Below, one piece after another: positions 1 through 11,900 of a DNA stretch of 64,000 nucleotides. A model generated the notes under the pieces. It made no database searches, was not told the DNA's origin, and was given only the letters and a program-made list of their open reading frames with translations. This stretch comes from Pocillopora damicornis (Eukaryota), in contig NW_020846987.1 in the NCBI RefSeq assembly GCF_003704095.1, positions 1 to 64,000 on the forward strand. The letters are read 5' to 3'. A program made the position numbers and the translations under genes. Each line of letters starts with the position of its first letter. The first letter of the stretch is position 1.

Positions 1-1519
1 GAGGGGTAGGTGGGCAGTTGCCCAGATACTGATATTGATCCAATAAAGGCATTAAAACAGCTTTTTGGGTTTTTTTTCTCAGTTTTTTGTCTCTCCGTAC
101 GGAACTTTTATTCTTATCTGGCTGTTACAAATGTAAAATGTAAAATGCAGAACTTGCAGGACGGAACATATAATCTTAAAAAAAAATAAAAAACAATAAA
201 CCTGGCTGAAAAAAAGTGACGATCAACAGGTGTTGTCAACTTCAGTCACCAAGAAAAAGATTTGTCTACGAATGACTGTGATGAGATGGAAACCGTCTTT
301 AAATATAAGAGTTGCTATTTGAAGATTTTGACAAGAAGTAAGTTTCATTTTCCACCGTGATATGATGACTGGGGTTTTTTTGGCTGAAACTGACATCTAA
401 TTTTAACTTCACGCCAGAAGAAAGCGGGAAAAATATTGAAGGAGTTATTTTCACATTTATTTACATATTTGATGACTTAGAGTATGCAAAAAAAATATGT
501 TGAAGATATTTTTTCAAAGCCCTAATATTCATGCCATCAAAGTGAATTCGTATGATTGGAGAGAGTTTTATCAGACATCCCAAAGAATTCCTTTCTAGTC
601 TGGGGAAATCACGCGATGCCCTGGGTTGCTCTTCGGATGGCTTCAGCATATTTAGGAGCTCGTTTCGAACCTGCAACTTGTTCTGATGGTACATCTTACC
701 GACCGCAGGCAACTGCTGTGCGTTGAACTACGCAAAAGGCGAGAAAAGGCGTCAGAAATTAATTTACTTTCGGAGTAGGTTCCAAGGATTTATGTAAAGT
801 TCATCACGTGGACAGTTCATCTCTGAAATGTAAACATTTTGAACATTTTTGTGTCAGTTTAGAGCGCTTGTATCCTTATTCAAATGACCCATCTTTGTTA
901 GGACATCGAATAAATTTATTTTCGGGAAAAAGTCCACAAATTCTTGTAATTACTTCTGCATGTGACTTCATCCCTGTGTCTTGCACTTGTAACTTCTACA
1001 TTTAAGTTTAACTCTGCGCGTTTTGTTTATTATTAAGGGAAACAATACGATCGCAGTTTGTCCGAAACCGAAGTGTGATGCTTTTCTTTTTTGGAGCAAA
1101 GTGTTTCACTTTTCCTCTCTGATTATATTTTGCAGCCAACCGGTTTTAACTTGTAAAAAATGTAATGTATCATCAGAGGAAATCTGAGAGATTGAAAACT
1201 GCACAGACTGTAAAGGACAATCTTTATTCATCATTTGTTTTACATGCAAGAATTTGTGCGCAGCGCGATATATAGTTAAAATGAAAGAAACAAAGAAAAA
1301 AAAAACCATAGCAGTTTTCACTGGTTCGCCTGGAAAGTCTGTGGCGACTCCTAATTCATTTTAAAAAATCGACAGTGGTTTAGCGTGGTCTGCATTCTTA
1401 TCGACAGCAATCGTCAACACAGCGGTAAAAATGTTGAAGACAAACGGGGCTTAACCGAGTGAATTCGACATTGTCGATTCGTTTTTCACCAAAGTGTCGA
1501 CGTCAAATAAAACTATTCT

Positions 1520-2215
1520 TTCGGTAATCAAAACTATAACAAAATTCTCGAACGTGATTCGTTATCACCAGCCCGATTTGAGCACTAATGGAAAAGTGTA
1601 TGCCTCATGCTGGTAATTGAACAGTGAAGCATCATTTGCGCGCGCTGTTGTGGTTTGTTTTTTATGCAAACGTATGACCGATGTCTACTTTCTTTCACCA
1701 ATTTTAAAATAAATTTGATCAATAATGGTAATAGGACCGAGTGGAGTCCAATTCGGTCCGTAATCATACGGGTGATTAACAAAATCAGATGGACGCGAAG
1801 CGGGAGTCCGATTTGTTTAACACGATTATGATTACTGACAGAATTAGACGACAAGAAATCCTGTTACCAATAAATCATAACCATTTCAATTTCCGAGAAA
1901 ACAAATACACCTAGAACAAGTATCTACAGTGGAGACAATGTCTTTAGTTAAATATTCCTCTATTTTGGAAATTGCCTTATTTTTCTTTGGATAAGTGGTT
2001 GTTGCCATGGTTAATCTGATCAATTCTGTGATTGGCGGATTTAGCTTAGTGGACCTAGTATGATTGGCTGCTTCAACTTTCCAATTACAGGTGTCCGATT
2101 ACAGCCAACTGTCTGATTACAACTGTACAGAATGATTAGTGAAAAGTGAAGCAGCTGATGCACCAATCACATTTGAGGAAATTATAATGGTAACGATTGA
2201 TTGGTAACAGGATTC
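1520..2215. repeat. Interspersed non-coding repeat with an internal inverted repeat (~1857-1885 vs ~2187-2214)
   Basis: AATCCTGTTACCAATAAATCATAACCAT pairs imperfectly with ATGGTAACGATTGATTGGTAACAGGATT; outer boundaries approximate. Confidence 0.5.
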
Positions 2216-2957
2216 TCCCTTAGCTCCGGTTGGAGCATAGGCCATTAACCACTTCCGTCCTCCANNNNNNNNNNNNNNNNNNNNNNNNNNNNNNNNNNNN
2301 NNNNNNNNNNNNNNNNNNNNNNNNNNNNNNNNNNNNNNNNNNNNNNNNNNNNNNNNNNNNNNNNGGAGACAAGGAACAAGAGGGACGTGCCTATCGATAT
2401 CTTGGCTCAGCTTTTCACAGACTGGGTGATTATTATCAAGGCGGGGGTAGGTGGGCAGATACTGATGTTGATCCAAATCTGCTAAGGACGACTGATCCCC
2501 TTTCCCTTTCCACTGATAACCATGTGATCATGCCCCAAGTTTCTCCGAACCCCCTCCCTCTTAGACGAAAAATAATGGTCGGTTCCTCGTGTCATGGGTG
2601 ACTGAAAATATGCCCACGGAAAATGGGAAAATGCATTTGAGGAATCACAAGCACATTTTTTTATTTGGACTTTATTTGAAAAATGTAAAACTCGTTGAGC
2701 TGAGATTCAAGACCCTCTTCTTTTGAGAGAGCAAAGGAAACCTTCATACTAGTGGATAGTAATAAATTTCATCGGCTGTGCCCTCGGTTCACTGAATTTG
2801 AACCATCATTTCCACATTCTTCACGGACTAAATGCCGCCACAAAGCTATTTGAATGTTCTATTGGTGGACATGACGCAAATGCAGCAAAGTTGAAATGCC
2901 TCACTTGTCTTGCGGAAGCGACCTATGAGAGTTTCTCCCGGAGCAGGTTCCACTTGT

Positions 2958-4328
2958 TTAATCTGTAAGTGGAAAAGACACCGTCCTTAATTCGTCTTCG
3001 TCTTCGACAATCTTGTAGCCGAGAAGATTCATAACCTCGTAACATTCCGTCTCAATTAGGCGCACGATTGAATAAGGGACGTGCGCACGCCATTTTGTTA
3101 CGGAGTCAGTCAGATTTTGCGCACTGTAGGAAAGCCGACGATAAATTGATTTAACGGGTGATGGGGGTACAAATCCTTCGCGCAAAGTACGGTCGATCCA
3201 CAAGCGGACATTCTGTGCAATACCGACCCCAACAAACTGATACAATTGTTCAGCTATTTGATGCGGGTTTGTCGCCAAGTCCTCGTATCGTAGCAGCGTA
3301 TAACGTCCTTGTAACCAAGCTGGGGCACTGACAGCGTATTTTATATTACGCAGCATGTCGCGACATAACGATTGCGCGTGATCACGCACCGATTTTATGG
3401 TCCAATTTTCGTGTGAACTGTGTAGAACGCGCGCATTTACAACGGCGCGCGGATCCCTCACTAAATGAATCACTTTGAGCGAGTAATCGACAGGGCCTGT
3501 GTTGTCCATGAGATAGGAGAGTTTGTGAATGGATTTCATTCGGATTGTTTTGACAACGGTGTGTTTATGTAGTCGACAAATCGCCGACGCTGATTGTGGC
3601 CTTAATGGCGCACATTTTCGGATGCTAAAGTGTGGAGTGTTTATATTCTCGGGGCATAAGGGGGGTGAAGAGATGGCTCGACTTGAAAGGCGATGTCGAA
3701 GTGCACTGTATTGGTACGATAAAAAATCCGTAAAGTACGAAAGTTCCAGAAAGTTACAATGAAAAATGCTGTTGAGAAGATGAGTTACCATTGCATCGTA
3801 AACGCTCTCGGGGCGATTGTCCTTATAATAATCCAAAGATTCCAAAGGTTCAAAAAGGTAAAAAATATTAGGATGCTGATTCAGAAGTTCTCCTAAGAGA
3901 GAGCTTCCGGAAGCGGAGTCCGAGATGATAAGAATATTCTGTCGCAGTTTACTCCCGTATTTACTTGCTAGTGAATCAAGTTCCATGAATTTGTTTAATC
4001 TCTCGTACATTGCGAGCTTCTTACGCAATGCGTCGATTTCTTTGTACAACTTGGAGCAGTTCGTGTCTTGTTCGAAATTTTTATCTGCGTTCTTTGTATT
4101 ATCTTTTGCCGAGCCATCTTTGTCGTTGCATCCGTCGTGATCTGGAATAAACGTCTTGAATTCGTCCATCTTGGAGGCACTTTGAAGTTGCCGATTTTTG
4201 AGACACATCGCATCGGAATCTTCGTTTCTCGTGAGGAAGAGAATGGCACACATTAAAAAAAAGGCGACCAGCAAAAGGGAAGGCGAAATTACTCTTCTTA
4301 AAAAAATTCTCTGGAGAGAACGAAGCAT
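2958..4328 (-). CDS. Carbohydrate sulfotransferase, Gal/GlcNAc-6-O-sulfotransferase (CHST1/CHST3-like) family, single coding exon, type II Golgi membrane protein
   Basis: 456-aa ORF with N-terminal TM (LLLVAFFLMCAILFL), coiled stem, and family motifs SGSSLLGELLNQHPNIFYLFEPL, VVKTIR, VIHLVRDPR, LRYEDLA, IETECYEVMNLLGY. Confidence 0.9.
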   Translation of the reverse strand: MLRSLQRIFLRRVISPSLLLVAFFLMCAILFLTRNEDSDAMCLKNRQLQSASKMDEFKTFIPDHDGCNDKDGSAKDNTKNADKNFEQDTNCSKLYKEIDALRKKLAMYERLNKFMELDSLASKYGSKLRQNILIISDSASGSSLLGELLNQHPNIFYLFEPLESLDYYKDNRPESVYDAMVTHLLNSIFHCNFLELSYFTDFLSYQYSALRHRLSSRAISSPPLCPENINTPHFSIRKCAPLRPQSASAICRLHKHTVVKTIRMKSIHKLSYLMDNTGPVDYSLKVIHLVRDPRAVVNARVLHSSHENWTIKSVRDHAQSLCRDMLRNIKYAVSAPAWLQGRYTLLRYEDLATNPHQIAEQLYQFVGVGIAQNVRLWIDRTLREGFVPPSPVKSIYRRLSYSAQNLTDSVTKWRAHVPYSIVRLIETECYEVMNLLGYKIVEDEDELRTVSFPLTD

Positions 4329-5937
4329 TCTCTTGAAATCCTGCGAATTGGGTTGCGCCGCACCATTTCAAGCAACTGCCTGCTTCATGCTTTTGAAATC
4401 CTCCTTACAAGTAATTCGTGAAAGGCCTCTGGTAACGGCCTTCCATTCACTAGCGACAAATCGCTTTTAAACAACAGTAGGTCTCCCGTGGAAAATTCAT
4501 TCATCGTGTTCTTGACTCTTCGTGAAATATCAATGTTAGCTTGTAACACTGTGCCTGGCACCCGCTTTCGCCAGTCAACCTTTAGTCCACCCGTCAGGTT
4601 TCACATTTTTGTTCTGACCATATATGGAGAGAATAAATTATTGAAGTGACTTTGTTTAGCAATGCTCTCTGAAGCGGTGAAGCGTTGGACATTTCTGCGG
4701 ATAGTTTTTCATAACCCAAAAAATAACAGATTCAAACTTTTCCTTGTTTTAATTAACGTTGCCATTTCTAGCGAAAAAAGTGCAAGGTTTGGCAGAGGTT
4801 CAGAGCAAAAGTGGATTTTGAGTGAAATCTAAATATTTTTACCTGTTTTATTACCCTGTTTGGTACCTGTTTTTTCTGCTCAAATTTTTCTCTCAATTTT
4901 CTTAGTACAACGTCATCAGTTCGACTTCTAAAGATTCCTGCAACTTTGAACCATCGTGGGATTCTGAACAAGTTGTTTTATGAACGATTACTGACTCATC
5001 AAATAACTCCCCAGCCCCTAATTAAATTTCAATTTTTAGCTCCGGATCACTGCTTTTGAAAAAAACAAACATTTCGCCTTACAAAAACAGTCTGTTGAAA
5101 TTATGAAAGAAAGTAACTTTTCATTGGAAACACCGTCAGTAGACCAATCTTTGGTTTCTGAGCAGGTTTGGCTGGTTTGTACGGACGCAAGAAAAAAATC
5201 ATAACAGGTTTGATTTAACAAAATTTCATATGAGGCCAGGAACAAGGGAAAAAAAAAAAACAGAGAAAAGGAAAAGTAAGCGACAAGTAGAAGCATACAG
5301 CCCTTCGATGACCTCTCTCATCCCCAGGAACCATCGGTTCCTTTAGCGAGCAAACCCAACCGGTTAATAGAACTGATGGGCTCTGGGGACGAGCCTGTGT
5401 ACCAAGCCATTCCAACTTAGATGCCACCTGCAAATGAAACCTAAAAGAAACCTGGGAGCAATACTTTTTTGCGATTTCGCTGATGTACTTGAAACAAATT
5501 TACGAATGTCATCCTTTGTGTCAGTTCAGCGGTGTGAGTAAACCGCTGACCGAGAAACTAGCTGAGATTCAATAAGCTTGCAAAATTGAGGAGTTGTCTG
5601 CGGTTCAATTTTTGGGGAGTTTCACTGGAGGCATGACTCAGCGACATCTAAAATAATCTACACGAGTGAAAGACGGAATCCATGATCATTAGGTACCCCT
5701 TATTGAGAATTCGACATAACTTGGGTTAATTTTCTGTTCCACGATAAAAAAAAAAGTGGGTTCAATATTAGTAATATCTGCTTTTTTTGAGGACAACTTT
5801 TCACCACACCACATTTTCGATGAGCTCGTTAATATTCAGAAGTCCCATCATACACTTCACTCGAATGATCGCAGCATGCTGGCAAGGACTCTTGGGATTG
5901 CCGACGATTCGGCTTCGTTGCTCATAGCAGGAGAAAG

Positions 5938-8900
5938 ATGTCTTTAGCAAGGTATTTCCTATCAGCTTTTTCATTTTTAAAAGAAAATATTCTGTAGATT
6001 TTGCTAACAAAACTGACGTTTACTATTTCAGTCTCCTTCCAGCACCGCTGCATGTGCCTTATCGCGAAAGAGATGAAGACGATGACTTAGAGAAAGCTTA
6101 CAAAGAGGTGAGCGTTCTGTGTAGTCGGCCATGTTTGATTTGACCTGTTGTTCGATCGCGAGGTTTATTATGATTTTTACTCGGTCGATCTTTGTTTAGT
6201 TAAAGGTAACAGCTTTTAAGAAAGAGCCTCCTCCATATGGAAAAAGACAGGGCTGGATTCCAAGAAAGTTGGAGGTTTGTTGATGATAACGCTCAGAAAT
6301 TTAAAATTGCCATGCAAATCAAGGTTACACCGCCTGTGATATACAGACTGTAATTATGGACCACCTTATCACCTTTTAGTTGTGTTCTATGTGGTTTTAT
6401 AAATTTATATGCTGCTGAGTTTTTTTCTTACATAGAAGATTCTTGTTGTTATCACATGAGACTCTTGATAATAACATACATCTTGACATGGCAGCTTCAA
6501 CAACAATCACGTTCCTCTATTTCAGTCATAGTCACATGTTTTCTTTCGTAAACGTTGCATTTCAGAAGAATGTGGCATATCATAGAAAAAAATAAGCTAT
6601 ATTTTGCATGGAAGGAATGTAAAGTTTAAGTGCTTACGTAGCCATTTTCAAATTACAGAAAAGGCTTGCCCTCTCATTGATATTAAGCCTTAATTGTTTA
6701 AATGTTTGCAGACATTGAAGTATTTGCACTGTAATTTTTGGTGAAATATAAGGATAAACTTTTGAATGATTTCATGCTATTGGTACAATGTGGAAGAATT
6801 CCTTTTTGCCATTATTACAATCACTTTGATTTGAAAAAATATGAAGGCAGCGAAGCTACATGTTCAAACTAGCAACGTAGCTTGAGAATGATCATTCTGA
6901 AATTTTCTTCCTCTGAATGCACTCTTACAGATATACAGGTTCATGCACATAAGATATCAGGATAATTAACAGCTATTCACTGAAGTGCCAGTGGCTAGTG
7001 GTGATTCTTTACTGAGAACTAGGCTAGGCTAGCCACTGACACTGCTGTGAATAGTTGTTGGAATGATACAGTACAAAAGGATAATTTCAACACTTGCAAA
7101 TACTACACTTGGCCCTGGATGTGAATAGTAAAGAATATTTGGAGTTAAAGTAGCCAATCAGAGCATGTCTTTAACACTGTCCACTGTTTTGATGTATGGC
7201 AAAATATATTGTCAAACTTGAAATTGTTTAACATACTGTTATGTTGATCGTTTTTGTTCTTCAGGACTTTGGTGATGGTGGTGCTTTTCCTGAAATTCAT
7301 GTGGCACAGTATCCTCACATGTATTTTTTTGCTCTAGAGAGCACAATAAGCAGTGTTTTGGCTAATCATCTTCATTATGAGATTTTGTTTGAGGAGAGTT
7401 ACTATAAAGATATTTTAACAGAACTTGTGGCCTTTTTCTGTACTAGACAATGGATTGGTTGGTCTGTGTTCAAGGTGTGACTGGATCATTTTGTAACTTT
7501 AGCCTTACAGTGTCTCTCTCCAACCATGAATATAAATGAGAACTAGCCAGAGGCTTCAATATTTATATTTTTTTGAATGTGTATTTAATTAACTTGCTAT
7601 GGTCTAAGTAAAAGGTTTGATTATGTTTGACCAAAACTTTTCTTAACAAGAATCTTTCAGGTATCCTCTGGACATGGGGCGAACAAAAAAGGTCAGATAT
7701 GTTGTCTTTAAAGGGATAAGAGTGTTATGTGAATTATGTTTTTCTTAGCCTTTGGAACTCTCACTTCTGATGTTTTATGACTTTGTGTTTATTGTATGTT
7801 ACAGCCTGCTTCAGGAACAAATGCTCTACCAGTGCAGCTTGATTCAAAAGGCAGAGTGAAGTATGATGCTCTTGTTAAACAGGGACATGGCAAAGATAAG
7901 GTAACAAAACCTGGTTATGGTTGAAAGGAGAAATAAGAGTTAGAGACAATATCATTTTTACATGAACCCCTCCCAGCAACTCTTTGACACCTAAAAATGA
8001 CTAGCATCTAATTTTTCATCACAATATCAGACCTGTCACGAAAGAACAATGAACCGACGCCATTTATTCTATTCCTTGCAATGACTGTGACAACGAATAC
8101 ATTGGACAGACTAAACATCAGTTTGGTACATGGTTAAAAGAGCACCAAAAAGCAGTTTTTCTGTTGCAGCGTTTAGATCACCCCTGATGAAGGCACTAGA
8201 CAGGAGTGTCAAAACGTTGGGTCTATGAATTGTAACTTCTTCAGTTACATTCATTAAATCTGCAAAACAGAGTAGCATCAAACTATGCCAGATTTTGAGA
8301 GTTAACACTTTTCCGCTGTTACTTTAAATTCATTTTCCATGATTTGAAAAACATAACTTAAAATTTTGTACTGTGTGCTGTTTAGATTAGTAATGACAAT
8401 ACCTCTTGGTTGATTTAGTATCAAATTTAGTTTTTTTAATTTATTTGTCTTATGTTCTCAGGTTGTACACTCCAGATTCCAAGACTTAGTTCCTGTACAT
8501 TTAAAAGATGAAGGTGATCCAGACTTAGAAAGACCATCAGAGGAAGATATTGAAGAGGTAAATTAACCTGCTTATAATGTGATCAAAACACATGGTGTTG
8601 TTCAGCGATACCTTCTTTGTAGCTCTGTGTTAGAGAATCTGTCTATTTTTGGTTGATGTTGTCATCAGAATAAAAAAATAGATAAGTGTTTTTTCCTCTC
8701 AAGAGAATTTCATGGAAATTTGTTTTTACTGACAACATTGTTAGCTATCTAATTCCTTTCTTGAGCATTCTCTCAATACTTTTTGGATTTATGAACTTAT
8801 CTGCATTATTTCAAGGATCCCTTAATATCTTGTATTCTATTAACTTATTTTTTCTGAAATGAATTAACTTCAGACAACCAGGAAAACAAGAGAAGCTCTG

Positions 8901-11900
8901 GAAAAAGAAGTTACAACAAAAATTGCTGCAGCACAGCCCACCCAAGTTGCTCAGAAGCCACAGGCAGCCCAGTACATCAGATACACACCTTCCCAGCAAG
9001 GAGTAGCTTTCAACTCTGGTGCTAAACAGCGAGTCATAAGAATGGTGGAGATGCAGAAAGATCCTATGGAGCCACCAAGATTTAAGTATGGCAATTGAAT
9101 AGGTTACAGATCATTTCTTACCAACAGTCATTTCATACTCAGTCAGTTGAGTCATTTTGTATCCAGCTCGGTTGTTTTGTTCCCAAACTAGTAAAGTATG
9201 TGTCCATGTTGACAACCAACGGAAAGTATTACACTTACACAAACTGTTGTTATTAAAATAGTCACAGGTATAAACAATAGACTTTTCTGTGAATAAGATC
9301 ATGCTTACCTTGTGCTAGGCAATAATTAAGTTGTTTTGGTTAAGAGAGTCACAAGTACACATGTACACAAGACAATTTTGTTTGTTACTTCTCACTTGAC
9401 TCTACTAACTTGTCATACACAATGATTGACATCTGTTCACGCACTCTTGTGTGAGGTATTTTGAAAGCATGTGTAAATTGACCAGGAGTTTGGGTACGAA
9501 CCAACTTAAACTTGGGTTTCAAACCAACCCAAACTTGGGTATGAATCTACTGCATTTGGATAAAAAATGACGTTGGGTACAAAGTGACTGGATACCTTGA
9601 ATACTGCTGTACTACAACATACTGAATCTTTAAGTTTTTTTTTTTCCCCAAAGTTGTGACTGTAAAGTTTGGATGAGTTATCTACATGTTCTTATTTTTC
9701 ATTAACACTACCCTTTTCATCTACTTGAGAGAAAATTGACAGATTATCATCCAGTCTGCCCAATGATCAATCAGTTTCCAGACAAAGCTGATGACAAGTT
9801 TAAGATTGTCATAAGCATATTACTGTTGAAGAATTCTTGGAGCAGATTGCCTGGGAATTCACTCTAAGTCTTCTCTGCTCATCACTGATCTGCCGAATTA
9901 TCTTCCCCTTGTAGCTTAAAAAAATTATTTAGAATTTTGATGGAAGGAAGGCTACTAAGAAAATGAAAGTACTTTGATGCACATCTGAACAGTAATCTTA
10001 CACTTGTCTTGTATATTTTTAGAACAAACAAGAAGATCCCTAGGGGACCCCCCTCACCTCCTGCACCAGTAATGCACTCACCAAGCAGAAAGGTAAGGGA
10101 AAGTGCCCATCAAATGAACGTTCCTTCACAAATCCAGGAAGGCAGTATTCTTAAGAGTACTACTGAGACTTTTTAGGTGGATGTTGCCTGGGGAGTATCT
10201 TTCTAATTTGACGGCTTTGAAATTTTTAATGCAGGTGCAACAGATGAAACTAAAATTTTTCATTTGATTTTGTTGGGACAATTCTAGTTTTGTCCACTAG
10301 TGCGGAAAGGCCCAAAGATATATTAATAAGCTGTAGTGTTTCCACAGAATTGTCCTGTGTCCACTGGTTGTAAGGGAGTTTAGATTTAGTTGGAATTTTC
10401 GGCTGTTACTTGACAAATGCTACAATTAGTGTTTCTTTTCCTCAGGTGACTGTGAAAGAACAGCAGGAGTGGAAGATCCCTCCCTGTATTTCCAACTGGA
10501 AGAATGCCAAGGTAATTTGATTTGAGGACAATTTGAAAATGTACATAAAAAAAAAGAAATCGAGGGAAGGCTCTCTACAGAAAGTGCTTCTCTGAATCAA
10601 GGGCTACATATGGAAAATATGCATACTGATGTTAGGCTATAAAATGTTAAAGTATTTGTTTTGTTGTTGTTGGCTGTAGGGGTACACCATCCCTCTTGAC
10701 AAACGTCTAGCCGCAGATGGGCGTGGTCTTCAAGACCCCCACATCAATGACAAGTTTGCAAAGTTGGCTGAAGCACTGTACATAGCAGACAGAAAGGTGA
10801 ACTTTATTGAGAATGACTTGTAAAGGCCCAACACATGTACTTTATAACTCCTTTTAATATCACTCAACAATGAAATAACATTTGAAAATGTTTAGTTTCT
10901 TTTCTTGCCTCTAAACCAGAAAATCACATTTACCAATTATCTGGATAAATTTTGGTCATTATGAACTGTGGAAATTTGCTCCCATAAATCACAAAAAGTC
11001 ACCAAAGTGCAGAATAATGTTTTACTTACCGGATCTTTCATGTCATGTGGTATTTTGCATCATTTTGGCTGAATTTTGGTAATTTCACTCAGTGGTTGCT
11101 AATTTTGTGCCCACACACGCAATTTTTAACAAGCCAGAGGAGGCAAGACTCCTATCACTGCACCAGATTATACGTTTTGAAACTAAAAAGGGGGAGAAGT
11201 CTGCACTGCAAGCTCACCCCAGTTTCTGTTGCATGTTGTTCTCAAAGCGAATAGCACTGATGCTACTCCCTCTCGGATGTTGATCCATTGCAAGGCTTCC
11301 CCCCTCCACCCTCAAGCATTTCGTCTGGTTTCTCTTAGAGGTCGTTGGTGCCGATTATGCCGCTGAGTGGAGAGAGAAACTTTGAGAGTAGAGTTCCTCA
11401 TGACATCCTTATAATTTTATTGAGGATTGGCCATTGACTTGTACCATTGGCGCTATTGATCTTTTTGTTGTAAATAGCACTACGTACTGCAAGCAATAAC
11501 TTTTTTTATTATCATTATTTTATTACCATTGTGTACCTTGAATATGACAGAGACACAGCGCATTGTGTTGAGAATAATTTGTTTGTTTGAAATTTCTGTC
11601 AGGCTCGGGAAGCTGTTGAAATGAGAGCTCAGCTGGAAAAGAAGGTTGCACAGCGAGAGAAGGAGAAGAAAGAGCAGAAGTTGGCGGCGCTGGCCAAGCA
11701 AGCGAGGGAAGAACGAGCTGGCATCAGAGCTACTGCAGGTAAATCGTGCAGTTTTCAAAACAAACCGAGGGGCGTATTTTAGCTGTAAAGTCCAGTTATT
11801 TCACACTGCAATTACAGCGCAACTCCTGTTGGTTCACCGTGAATACGTAAAATCGAGTTACGCGTCTGTTAAAATCCTACTCGTAGGAATGCCCGGAAAG

